Position numbers and translations under genes: made by a program
Shown: positions 1 through 10,662 of the stretch, piece by piece
How the letters are laid out: every line of letters begins with the position of its first letter
Numbering within the stretch: position 1 is the first letter of the stretch
DNA from: Rebecca billardiae RCC1528
Lineage: Eukaryota; Protista; Haptophyta
Assembly (NCBI GenBank): GCA_965240325.2
Contig: OZ251226.1
Coordinates: 3,224,001 to 3,288,000 of the forward strand
DNA length: 64,000 nucleotides
Reading direction: 5' to 3'
The notes under the pieces: model-generated
Databases searched by the model: none
Told to the model about the DNA's origin: nothing
What the model saw: the letters and a program-made list of their open reading frames with translations, nothing else

Positions 1-540
1 TGGCCGACCATCTTGCCGTGCGCGAGCAGTTGCTGCACGACGGTGAGCACGGCGTCGGCGGTCATCCATGGCACCTGCGACAGATGCTGGCGACCGGACA
101 TATGCCTGGCCACACGCTGAGCCTCGGCCAGCTGCCTGCGGTGCGTCTGGGCTTTGAGCAGCAGGTAGTGAGTCGGCGCCGTCAGTTCAGCAGCGCCGAG
201 GCGCACGCCTTGCAGGAACCGGCCGTCCACAAAGCACACGCGGCTGGTGAAGTTGTGCGGGAGCCACTGCGGCGCGAAGATGGCAAAGAGTAGGCGGTCA
301 GGCGCCTGCGCATGCCACGCGCTCGGCAGTGCGGCCTCGTTGTCCGCCGTGAGCGCGAGCGCGTACACGTCGAGGCCGCCGGCCGAGCCGATGACGACGA
401 GCGCAGCGTCCCACTGTCCAGGGTCGCCGTCTTCGAGGAGGAGGTCGATCTGGGGCAGAGATGGCAGCGCGGCGCTCGCCTGGCCCTCGTCAGGCTGCGC
501 GCTTATCCGCGCGGCAGCTTCGAGCAGCGTACCTCCCGCC
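1..540 (-). CDS. Partial ORF running off the left edge; unknown product, weakly glycosyltransferase-like
   Basis: Manual minus-strand translation is open: ...PQIDLLLEDGDPGQWDAALVVIGSAGGLDVYALALTADNEAALPSAWHAQAPDRLLFAIFAPQWLPHNFTSRVCFVDGRFLQGVRLG... It is absent from the ORF track (no stop in window). The 5' end is unresolved; a possible GTGCGC donor lies near 652. Confidence 0.4.
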
Positions 541-671
541 GTCAGCGCCGCAGGGCAGCGGCGGCCACAACCACGCGAGGGCCGAAGTCCAACGGACTCG
601 CCGAGCGGGCAGGGGTGCGCCGCGACGGGCCGGGGGGGGGGTCGCGGCGCACCTCGCTCGCCCGATCCTGA

Positions 672-1404
672 GGCTTGCAAACCAAGCCCCCCAAAACGGG
701 ATGGCGAGCACTGGGCGACGCGAGGGCCCGCCTGCGCAGCGCTCCCAAGGCCGCATGCGGGCGTGACAGCCGTGCGCGGGCACTTTGTGGGGGCTAGAAG
801 ACCCGTAGGCAGCAATCGTGCCGCCTCGCCGACGCCCTCGCCGCCCTCTCCGCGCGCAGAGACCTGCCGGATGGCAAGCGCAGTTCTGGAGAAGGCCTGT
901 CCGACGAGCGTGATGGGCACGCGTGCGCCCCTGGGGCATTCAAAGGTCGGCTTTTTCGCTTCTGCGAGATGGGCATGGGAGTACTCAATATCACTGCTTC
1001 GCCGGCAGCCATGCCGACATCGATCAGACCGCGCACACACGCTCGACAGCTGGCAGGCCAGCAACCGGTTGAAATGGCGGCGCGCGTGATCACAAGGCTG
1101 TCGGCGAGGAGACCGCAGTGCGAGCCAAAGGAGGGCGCGCAAGACATGCATCTCGGTCGTGAGGCGTGCATGAGCCGCGAGCACGGGCACGACGTGCACG
1201 GCAAAGCCCGTCATGCGCCTCGACGCGCACGCGCCGCGGCGGACGACCGAGCAGGGCGCGCGCAGGCTGGCCTTCTTGGCGGCGGCTGTCCGGGAGTGCC
1301 CGCGCACGCGCAACGCGTATTCAAAGAGCTCCCGGAAGGCATCGACTCCTAAGGGACGGTGCCTTTCGCCGCGCGAGGGGTTTGGGGGGCTTGGTTTGCA
1401 AGCC
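672..1404. mobile_element. MITE-like element (733 bp), PIF/Harbinger-like
   Basis: Perfect 24-bp TIR GGCTTGCAAACCAAGCCCCCCAAA (672-695) and its reverse complement (1381-1404). TGA flanks both sides (669-671, 1405-1407). No transposase recognised inside. Confidence 0.85.
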
Positions 1405-1874
1405 TGAGGGTTTGCTCCCCCAGCCGAGGGAGGAGCGAAAATGCGCCGCGGCTTTGATTTTCTTTTTTAAATGAGCGGTTTGGCCCCCCTAGCTACTGGC
1501 GGCACCATATATATATCAATCAAGCAGAACTTGACGTGGAGTCCCGGAGGCCGGGGCGAGGCCCGGGCGAACGGCCCGCCGGGCGGGCCCGCGGGGGCGG
1601 CGGCGCGTCAGCAGCACTCACTAGCAGTGTCTGCAGTCTCAGCATACTGGCACGCGTAGCTTCGGCCGGATATATGCGGACTGAGCGGGACTGCTGTATG
1701 ATATATGATAGTGCTGCTGCTGATTACTGAGCAGTATACGCCAATATATGACGTGCGATTGTATTAAATATATATGCATGTATTGTCCGCGTAGTCGTAT
1801 TGATGCCCAGGCTGCTGCCCGGGACTCCGGTCCGCAATGCTCCGGGCGCACTCGGGACCTGGTTCTGTCTGTGT

Positions 1875-2779
1875 TCAGAAGTCGGCGTCCCACATCCCAG
1901 TAGAGACCATGAGCGCTCGGAACTCTTCCTTATCGAGCAGCGTATCCTCGTCGCGGTCCGATTTGCTGAACATCTCCTGGATCTCGTCGGCGGTGAGGAA
2001 GGTATCCTTCATGGCATCCTTGAGCTCCTTCACCGTGAGGCCGCCTGAGCCGTCCGTGTCATACAGGCTGAAGATCTTGTTGATCTCCTCGATCTGGTGC
2101 GGGGACAGCCCGCGTGGCGGCGGCGGCGGCGGCGCCTCCGGGGGCGCGACCCATGCGAGCATCACGTCGAAGTCGGTGGCCGTCGCGTACGGGTAGAGGA
2201 GCTGCGCGCGAGGCGGTAGTGGAGCGCGCAGCGGCGGGGCACTTGGTTGGCGGCCGTATGCCACGCGCGCGGATGGGGCGGGCGACGCAGTCGCACCTTG
2301 AGCAGCTCCTTGAAGTCGACGCTGCCATTGCCGTCCTTGTCGAGCTCTCTGAGCATCGACTCGGTCGAGTCGACCAGATTGCTATCCTTGAGTGCTGCCT
2401 GCATCTCAGTGATTGTGACAGAGCCGGAGTTGTCCGAGTCGTACTGGTCGTACACCTCCTTGAGCAGCAGAATCTCCGCCTTGGAGTACTTGCTCGACTG
2501 CTTCTTCTTCTTCTTCTCCTTGATCTCGTTTGCCCTCTGCTTGCGCTCGGCCTCCTTCTGCGCAATAGCCTCCTCACGCTTCTTCGCGAGTGCTTCCAAC
2601 TCGGCCTTCTTCTCGTCCGCTTTCCTCTTCTCCTCGGCCTGGCGCTCCTCCTCTTTTCGCCGCTCCTCCGCCTTCTCCGCCTTCTTCGCTTTGATCTCCT
2701 CCACGCGCTCTACCCTCGCCGCCTCCTTCTTCGCTATAGCCTCGGCGCGCTTCGCCTCGAGCTCCTCGGGCGTAGGCAT
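1875..2779 (-). CDS. EF-hand Ca-binding protein (4 EF-hands) with a K/E-rich N-terminal helix; 2 exons (2779-2297, 2201-1875)
   Basis: EF loops DSDNSGSVTITE, DKDGNGSVDFKE, DTDGSGGLTVKE, DRDEDTLLDKEE. A GTGCGA...GCAG intron (2296-2202) joins two ORF-track frames. Confidence 0.9.
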
Positions 2780-2820
2780 CACCGCACAATGGCGGCCCTG
2801 GCCACGGCCCGTGAAACTGT

Positions 2821-2927
2821 ACCGATAACGTCCTGCTTTTTTATCGTCGCCAAGACGCCAACGGCTTTTTGCACCGATAACGTCCTGCTTTTTTATCGTC
2901 GCCAAGACGCCAACGGCTTTTTGCACC
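2821..2927. repeat. Two-copy ~53-bp tandem duplication in a divergent intergenic region
   Basis: ACCGATAACGTCCTGCTTTTTT(T)ATCGTCGCCAAGACGCCAACGGCTTTTTGC occurs twice. Confidence 0.9.
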
Positions 2928-3111
2928 GTACGATTTGACACACACACGAAACATCGCGTCAGCACGAACCAAGGGCGTGAAGGCACCGCCCTTGGTTCGT
3001 CACGAACCAAGGGCGGTCGTGAACGCTGGACGCGGGCGCGAGCGTTTGCGATCCGGCGAAGTTGCCGTGCTGATTACGAGAAGGACTCCGCCCCCGCACG
3101 CCCCACCCGAG

Positions 3112-4179
3112 ATGCTCTCCGCGCTCACTCGATCACAGTCGGCTGGCGCGCGGCTCGCCCGCACCGTGGCCGCCCCGGCCGCGGTGGGTGGCGCGCGTGC
3201 CTTGTCCGCCTTCCCGCCGCCTCGCATGTTCGACTACGAGACGGTCACCAAGAACCTGAGCGTCGCGGACGCGATCAAGTCGGTCGAGGAGGCGTTCGGG
3301 GCGCTCGCAAAGGGCAAGGTGGATGTGCCGATGCCCATGCACATCGGGGTGGAGGAGTCGGCGGTCGCGGGGCCTGGTGACTGCCACATCAAGGGCGGGT
3401 ACGTCAGCGGCACGACCACCTTCACCGTCAAGCTCGCGTGCGTGTCCTTCTACAAGAACCTCGAGAAGGGCCTGCCGCCCGGCTCGGGCATCTTCTGCGT
3501 GGTGAACGCGGTGACGGGCGCTCCGCTCGCCATGTTCCAGGAGAACCGCTTCATGACGGACCTGCGCACCGGCGCGGCCGGCGCCGTCGCGATGAAGTAC
3601 TGCACCTCGCCCGAGCAGAACGTTGTCGGCTTCATCGGCTGCGGCGCGATTGCGCGCAACATGGCGCGCGCCGCTGCGGCCGTGCGGCCGATCAAGGGCG
3701 TGGCATACGCGATCGACGGCGCGGACACGTTCGCGAAGGAGATGGAGGCCGAGCTCGGCATGCCCTTCACCGTCGCCGACTCGGCGCAGGCGCTCTGCGC
3801 CCAGTCGGACGTGATCTACACGCAGACACCCGGCAGCAGTACCGTGCTCGAGAAGAGCTGGCTCAACCCGAAGGGCGTCACGATCATCGCGAGCGGGAGC
3901 GATCAGCCGACGAAGCAGGAGATCCCGAACGATGTGCTCGCGTCCTCAAAATATATCGCCGACCTCGTCAAGCAGACGTCCAAGGTGGGCGAGCTGCGCG
4001 GCGCGCTGCAGGCGGGCGTGATGAAGGAGTCGGACGTGCACGCGGAGCTGGGCGAGGTCGTCAACGGCGACAAGTCCGGCCGCGAGGGGAACGAGATCAT
4101 CGTCGTTGACCTCACAGGCACGGGCGCGCAGGACGCCGCCATCGGCCAGGTCGCATGGGAGAAGCTCTCCAAGCTGTAG
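3112..4179 (+). CDS. Ornithine cyclodeaminase / mu-crystallin family protein, probably mitochondrial
   Basis: HIKGGY, TDLRTGAAGAVA, GFIGCGAIA Rossmann motif, DLTGTGAQD. The N-terminus MLSALTRSQSAGARLARTV is Arg/Ala-rich without acidic residues, like a presequence. Intronless. Confidence 0.92.
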   Translation: MLSALTRSQSAGARLARTVAAPAAVGGARALSAFPPPRMFDYETVTKNLSVADAIKSVEEAFGALAKGKVDVPMPMHIGVEESAVAGPGDCHIKGGYVSGTTTFTVKLACVSFYKNLEKGLPPGSGIFCVVNAVTGAPLAMFQENRFMTDLRTGAAGAVAMKYCTSPEQNVVGFIGCGAIARNMARAAAAVRPIKGVAYAIDGADTFAKEMEAELGMPFTVADSAQALCAQSDVIYTQTPGSSTVLEKSWLNPKGVTIIASGSDQPTKQEIPNDVLASSKYIADLVKQTSKVGELRGALQAGVMKESDVHAELGEVVNGDKSGREGNEIIVVDLTGTGAQDAAIGQVAWEKLSKL

Positions 4180-4309
4180 GGCGGCCCTGGCCCTGATTCA
4201 TCGCGCGAGCGCGGCCCTCCGCGCCGGCCCTGCGCATTCAGATTCTAAGTAGCTACTAGCTTTTAAATAACTATGCCTAAGCTAGTGGCTCCCAACTGTC
4301 TACTCAAGG

Positions 4310-5178
4310 ATATGACCGCGTTCCGCGGTCCTCTTCCGTCAGAACCAACGTAGTTGGGGGCCCGCGGTGCAGCTGTGCCACCCGCTCTGTCACCGCCACG
4401 GCACGGCGTCGCTCGTCGCATACTCCCACCTCGTCGCTGCATCGTCGCGCGGACTCGGCACTCGCCGCTGGCCGCGCACGGATCAGCCTGTGGCTCTCGT
4501 GTCAGGCAGTCAGGCATCCGTCGTGCCCATCAGCGCCAGAGCTGGCTCTCATCAGTCACTGAGTGAGTGAGAGCCGCCGCTCACGGTCAGCGCGCGCTCC
4601 GCAAACGCCCGCCCATGCTGATGCGCCAGTCTTAAAGTCAAGCTTGACTTGACTGGCGCATGGGCGGGCGTTTGGCGCGCGAGCTGGCGCCGTCGAGACT
4701 CGAGACAGCTCGGATGCGGCGGACGAGAGCAAAATCCATCACAGCTCGGCCATGGACGGCGCGAGCGAGGGCTTGGGCGAGCGAGATGGCCGCGCTTTTG
4801 AGCTCAGCGACAGTACTGTATGAAATGAGCTGGCAACGAATGACTGCGGGTATTTTTCAATCTCTCGCGCTAAACTTCTTTAATTACGTTAAGTGTATGT
4901 TTGGACGTGAGCTCGCGCCCATCCACGATTTCATACGAAAACGCCGGGCGCGACCTTTTCGGCACGAATCAATGCTGCCTAATAATGGAGACTGTCTCAT
5001 CAAAAATCGAAACTCGGCCTGAGGCCAGCCCTCACTGAGAGTACTGAGACTCACGCAGAAAATCGTCCCCGTGGCCCGTCAGACTTTTTTTCTTTGATCA
5101 AAGATCTTTTTGAAACGTTGTTAGTGCCCGCGGGCGGGCTCCACGCTGCGCGGCTCCGCCCTGCACCGCGGGCCATAA
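4310..5178 (-). mobile_element. Non-autonomous Helentron/Helitron2-like element, copy A (~870 bp)
   Basis: 14-bp inverted repeat GGCCCGCGGTGCAG at 4359-4372 and 5161-5174. Terminal hairpin GACCGCG-TTC-CGCGGTC at 4314-4330. Both ends are shared with 17364-19777 and 35650-36992. Confidence 0.7.
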
Positions 5179-5314
5179 TATCGGACGTGACGATCGTTCG
5201 TGTCCTTTTATTTGAGGGCCCGGCCCCGGGGCCGGCGATATGGCCGAGGACGCGACGCGGGCGTGGTTGGTGGGTTTGGCAGTCACAGCGGCTATAATCG
5301 CGTTACATATGACT

Positions 5315-6368
5315 GAGGCCACTCGAGCGACTTCGTGTCAGGCGAGGCAGATCGCGCCAGTGCGAGGCGAGGCAGACGCTCGCCTGCCTCGCCCAGCAGG
5401 CGAGGCAGCTAAGCTAGTAAAGCCGCGGCCGAACTTTACGAAAGCCAAATGTCTGCCGGTGCGCCGCCCGTCTTTGCGCACGGTGACAAGGGCGCGCGAG
5501 GGCGCTTCCTCACGATCCCGAAGAGCGCTGCGCGCGGCGTCGCGTTGGCGGCGGCAGCGGCGCTGGGGTGTATCTTGCCCATTCTGCTTGGCGGTGCGCG
5601 CTCATGACGCCTCGGCCGCCGCCACGCCATGCGCGACCGGGCGTGTCGCCTTCTTGACGGGCAGTGCACACGCCCTTGCAAGCGCACAGCCGTGAAGAGC
5701 CGAGAGCGTCCGTCGCGCGCACGCCGCCCACGCGGGATGAGGTTTCAGGACTATTCGTATGACACTGAGCGATCGCGCTCTGGCATGTGCGAGCCATGAT
5801 GACCATGGGTAGCAACTACGATGACCACTGCTCACCTGCATTTCAGCCGATGACATCCTCTCGTTCAGCGATCTTGACTGCTCTGAACGCATGGCGAACT
5901 CGGCGGAGCGCATGGGCAAGGTGGCTTCGTTGATAACACAAAGCATCCCGCGTGGGCGGCGTGCGCGCGACGGACGCTCTCGGCTCTTCACGGCTGTGCG
6001 CTTGCAAGGGCGTGTGCACTGCCCGTCAAGAAGGCGACACGCCCGGTCGCGCATGGCGTGGCGGCGGCCGAGGCGTCATGAGCGCGCACCGCCAAGCAGA
6101 ATGGGCAAGATACACCCCAGCGCCGCTGCCGCCGCCAACGCGACGCCGCGCGCAGCGCTCTTCGGGATCGTGAGGAAGCGCCCTCGCGCGCCCTTGTCAC
6201 CGTGCGCAAAGACGGGCGGCGCACCGGCAGACATTTGGCTTTCGTAAAGTTCGGCCGCGGCTTTACTAGCTTAGCTGCCTCGCCTGCTGGGCGAGGCAGG
6301 CGAGCGTCTGCCTCGCCTCGCACTGGCGCGATCTGCCTCGCCTGACACGAAGTCGCTCGAGCGGCCTC
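5315..6368. mobile_element. Foldback element / long inverted repeat (425-bp arms, 204-bp spacer)
   Basis: 5315-5739 is the near-perfect reverse complement of 5944-6368. Termini GAG...CTC; TGACT flanks both sides (5310-5314, 6369-6373). Confidence 0.75.
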
Positions 6369-6842
6369 TGACTCAGCATCCGGCCGCACCGCCGAGTCCT
6401 CTCCCGCCCGGACTCCCCCTGCAGACCCTTCGGCATCACTGTTGAATCCCGCCGCCCGCATCACTGCCCCGACTTGAACGCGAGCTCTGCGCTCGTACAG
6501 TTTACTACTAAGAACAAGGGTAAGTAACGCACACAGCTCAGGCAGGTCGAGTCGATAAGCGGCATTAAATTCCCCTTTATAACGGGCTCCGGGTGATCAG
6601 ACTGGCGGCCGAAGCCTCCAGCCCTACCCTGGCCAGCCCCCAACCAACCACCACCCTCACCCAACCTCAAACCACTGACCGAGACACCTACCCCCGGACG
6701 AAGTTACTGCTAGGGGGGGGTACTGATTATTTCGACCGTCTGCGGGGAGCAGCGTTTATTTGTTATACTCGGTATACAAAAAAAGCAGTACTGTATTTGG
6801 CTGGTGACGATTATTTATCCGACGCATGCACGAGCAGCAGCG

Positions 6843-8162
6843 ATGGTATTCACGGCTTCTGCACGGGTCCGCGCGTGGCGAGCGGGTGCGGTGGCCGCCG
6901 TCGTCAGCCTGCTCGGCGTGCCGACAGGCACGCATGCTGGCGCATTGAAGCCCCTGCACGAGGCGGCCACTGGCGCCGCCAGTGCCGTCCAGTTCGACGG
7001 AAGTGGCACCGACGCCGCGCACGCCATCTTTGGCATGGCGTGCCAGCTGGACGTGCACAACGTTCGCGTCTTTGTGCTCAGCCTTGGCGCGACCGCGTAC
7101 CGCGGGTACGTGCACTTGGGCGTGGACGCACATCCCGGCCATATGCTAAGCCATCTCATCCGGGCGCACGCCATCGTCGGCCACCCGGAGCCGTGCGCGC
7201 GAGCAGCTGCGGAGGCGCACGAGTATCTGCGGATGCCAGGCCACCGGCTGGGCAGACTCAACCAGAGGCGGTACATGTTCTACCGCGCGTGGCTCAAGGC
7301 ATCGCCTGCGATCGAGCGCGTGTGGCTGCTCGACGTGCGCGACGTGCTCTTCGTCGCGCACCCCTTCTGGGCGTCCGCGCATGGCCGATTGCGCGTGCGA
7401 GCGGACCTCGCCTTCTGGCTCGACTCTGACGGAATCACAGAGTGGGAGGCCGTGCGCATCGCCTGCTTGAACGAGACGGATGCGCAGGAGATGGCCGTGT
7501 CCAGCCCGCACAACGTGTGCGGCGGGACCGTGTACGGCACACGCGAGGCGATCACCCGGCTGTGCACGGAGCTGATCGCCCACACAGTAGACGTTCAGAA
7601 CGGCTCGGCGTACGCCGTGGATCACAGCGCCACCTGTGGGCAGAATGACCAGCCGATGCTCAACCACTACCTATGGGCTCAGCACATCGTCGGGTTGGGC
7701 TTGCACGCGTCTGAGGCGTACGGCCGGGTGCTGATCTCGGGGCGAATGCGCTCGAACAGCACCGTGCTCACGCTCAAAGACTGGTCTCTCCGCTGCGACC
7801 CGCTGCGCGTCTTTGTGCAGGCACGTGCGCACTACCACGCTGCACTGGCGTCGGGCAGCGCCACGGCCCCACCGACGCAGCAGGTGGAGGTGGCACCACG
7901 CACGCCGGTCTTGACCGGGCCGCTCACCACCCGCCAAGCGTTCCACACGGCGTCGTTGTTGCGCAGGGTCCAGCCAGAGGACGAGGCTGCGGAGGTGGCC
8001 ATTGTGCACAAGTACGACCATTGCATCGACCTCTGGAAGGAGACCCTCCATAAGAACGCACGCAGGCGCGACGCTGTCGTCCCCGGACTGGGTGCTGCAT
8101 GCCGAGCTGGGGCGACCACCGCTACGTTCAGCCGGCTCTGGGCCGCTGCCAGCGGGTGCTGA
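6843..8162 (+). CDS. Putative GT-A-fold glycosyltransferase-like protein (ESAG3-like motif set), copy 1, 439 aa
   Basis: N-terminal hydrophobic segment; motifs RYMFYRAWL, LLDVRDVLFVAHPF (DxxD), NVCGGTVYG, NDQPMLNHYL, IVHKYDH. Confidence 0.7.
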   Translation: MVFTASARVRAWRAGAVAAVVSLLGVPTGTHAGALKPLHEAATGAASAVQFDGSGTDAAHAIFGMACQLDVHNVRVFVLSLGATAYRGYVHLGVDAHPGHMLSHLIRAHAIVGHPEPCARAAAEAHEYLRMPGHRLGRLNQRRYMFYRAWLKASPAIERVWLLDVRDVLFVAHPFWASAHGRLRVRADLAFWLDSDGITEWEAVRIACLNETDAQEMAVSSPHNVCGGTVYGTREAITRLCTELIAHTVDVQNGSAYAVDHSATCGQNDQPMLNHYLWAQHIVGLGLHASEAYGRVLISGRMRSNSTVLTLKDWSLRCDPLRVFVQARAHYHAALASGSATAPPTQQVEVAPRTPVLTGPLTTRQAFHTASLLRRVQPEDEAAEVAIVHKYDHCIDLWKETLHKNARRRDAVVPGLGAACRAGATTATFSRLWAAASGC

Positions 8163-8704
8163 GCCAGTCGAGCTGCCATCGCCAAGACAGTGGCAGGTTC
8201 TTCAACTGCCAGGAGGCACGAGTCGTCAGGTTGAGTCGACGAGAAGGCGGGCACGCTAGTGACGCTGTGGAACACCTCCGACCTAGGCGCTCCCAGTCAC
8301 GCTGACGCTGCCCTCGCCGCTCGCGGCGGATCCGGACGCATTCGGCTTGCCACGCCAACCATGCGCGGATGCGCTGCACTGTGATGGCGCATGCGTCCGA
8401 TCAAGGCGACAACAGGCTCGATCTACGTGATCGTATATAAGGAATATATATATAAGAGTACTAGATGATCGACATCGTCACGTCTAACAGCTAACTCGCT
8501 TGAATGTGACACAGTAATGATGCGGCACTCTCCGCTCGCGTGCTGGCATCCGGATGTGACAGTCAGAACCGACGGTGACGACACGGGCTAGTCACGGCGT
8601 GATGTCTGGTGTGCCGACAGATCAGATGCGCTGTCTGTGATCCAATACGATGTAATATTTTCTTTGTTGGCTCGATGGCAGCTCGACTGACAATGACAAC
8701 TGGC

Positions 8705-10024
8705 TCAGCACCCGCTGGCAGCCGTCCAGAGGCGGCTGAACGTAGCGGTGGTCGCCCCAGCTCGGCATGCAGCACCCAGTCCGGGGACGACAGCGTCGCG
8801 CCTGCGTGCGTTCTTATGGAGGGTCTCCTTCCAGAGGTCGATGCAATGGTCGTACTTGTGCACAATGGCCACCTCCGCAGCCTCGTCCTCTGGCTGGACC
8901 CTGCGCAACAACGATGCCGTGTGGAACGCTTGGCGGGTGGTGAGCGGCCCGGTCAAGACCGGCGTGCGTGGTGCCACCTCCACCTGCTGCGTCGGTGGGG
9001 CCGTGGCGCTGCCCGACGCCAGTGCAGCGTGGTATTGTGCACGTGCCTGCACAAAGACGCGCAGCGGGTCGCAGCGGAGAGACCAGTCTCTGAGTGTGAG
9101 CACGGTGCTGTTCGAGCGCATTCGCCCCGAGATCAGCACCCGGCCGTACGCCTCAGACGCGTGCAAGCCCAACCCGACGATGCGCTGAGCCCATAGGTAG
9201 TGGTTGAGCATCGGCTGGTCATTCTGCCCACAGGTGGCGCTGTGATCCACGGCGTACGCCGAGCCGTTCTGAACGTCTACTGTGTGGGCGATCAGCTCCG
9301 TGCACAGCCGGGTGATCGCCTCGCGTGTGCCGTACACGGTCCCGCTGCACACGTTGTACGGGCTGGACACGGCCATCTCCTGCGCATCCGTCTCGTTCAA
9401 GCAGGCGATGCGCACGGCCTCCCACTCTGTGATTCCGTCAGAGTCGAGCCAGAAGGCGAGGTCCGCTCGCACGCGCAATCGGCCATGCGCGGACGCCCAG
9501 AAGGGGTGCGCGACGAAGAGCACGTCGCGCACGTCGAGCAGCCACACGCGCTCGATCGCAGGCGATGCCTTGAGCCACGCGCGGTAGAACATGTACCGCC
9601 TCTGGTTGAGTCTGCCCAGCCGGTGGCCTGGCATCCGCAGATACTCGTGCGCCTCCGCAGCTGCTCGCGCGCACGGCTCCGGGTGGCCGACGATGGCGTG
9701 CGCCCGGATGAGATGGCTTAGCATATGGCCGGGATGTGCGTCCACGCCCAAGTGCACGTACCCGCGGTACGCGGTCGCGCCAAGGCTGAGCACAAAGACG
9801 CGAACGTTGTGCACGTCCAGCTGGCACGCCATGCCAAAGATGGCGTGCGCGGCGTCGGTGCCACTTCCGTCGAACTGGACGGCACTGGCGGCGCCAGTGG
9901 CCGCCTCGTGCAGGGGCTTCAATGCGCCAGCATGCGTGCCTGTCGGCACGCCGAGCAGGCTGACGACGGCGGCCACCGCACCCGCTCGCCACGCGCGGAC
10001 CCGTGCAGAAGCCGTGAATACCAT
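8705..10024 (-). CDS. Putative glycosyltransferase-like protein, copy 2 (inverted paralog), 439 aa
   Basis: Differs from copy 1 at 6 residues; ORF intact. Confidence 0.7.
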   Translation of the reverse strand: MVFTASARVRAWRAGAVAAVVSLLGVPTGTHAGALKPLHEAATGAASAVQFDGSGTDAAHAIFGMACQLDVHNVRVFVLSLGATAYRGYVHLGVDAHPGHMLSHLIRAHAIVGHPEPCARAAAEAHEYLRMPGHRLGRLNQRRYMFYRAWLKASPAIERVWLLDVRDVLFVAHPFWASAHGRLRVRADLAFWLDSDGITEWEAVRIACLNETDAQEMAVSSPYNVCSGTVYGTREAITRLCTELIAHTVDVQNGSAYAVDHSATCGQNDQPMLNHYLWAQRIVGLGLHASEAYGRVLISGRMRSNSTVLTLRDWSLRCDPLRVFVQARAQYHAALASGSATAPPTQQVEVAPRTPVLTGPLTTRQAFHTASLLRRVQPEDEAAEVAIVHKYDHCIDLWKETLHKNARRRDAVVPGLGAACRAGATTATFSRLWTAASGC

Positions 10025-10662
10025 CGATGCGGATGCGGTATTGCGGTTCGTTAACCCCCGCCCGCTGCGGGGCGCAAAAAACCCTCCGGAGTCCGGACTG
10101 GCGCGCGGGCCGTATTCAAAAGTGCATACCCGCTTTGAATAGCAGTACCGTAGAGGGAGCAGGTTTCAATAGGAAGACGGCTCGATTTGGCATAGCCTGC
10201 CTATGCCTGAGCTGTGTGCGTCTCTTATTCTTAGTAAACTGTAAGCTGTACATGTGCGCGTCTCTTTCAGGTATATAGGCGAGATCGATTATTATTTATG
10301 ACCAGGCGGGGAACGGGGCGGCTCGTCGCTCGGTCAGTGCAAGACCAAGACCAAGTCTCAGCCTGTTCGCTTCGCGGACCTGCGCCGCCGCGCCCGCGGC
10401 CGCGGCACGCCTGCCAATAAATAACAATTAATTTAGTTACGTTCAGCGGAATTCGTCGTCGTCGCGCTGGCACCACACGCGGCTTCGGACGCGACGACGT
10501 GGAGCGCTCATTCCGATTTCCGTGCAGGCCAGATTCACCACCGCCGCGTCTGCGCCGCCGCGTATTTGATCACATGACCATGTTGAACTGCGCGCAGGCA
10601 GGCTCCGATCCCGAACTCATGCCAGCTACCACTTGCGCCCGCTAATATTAGGCCGGGCCCCG

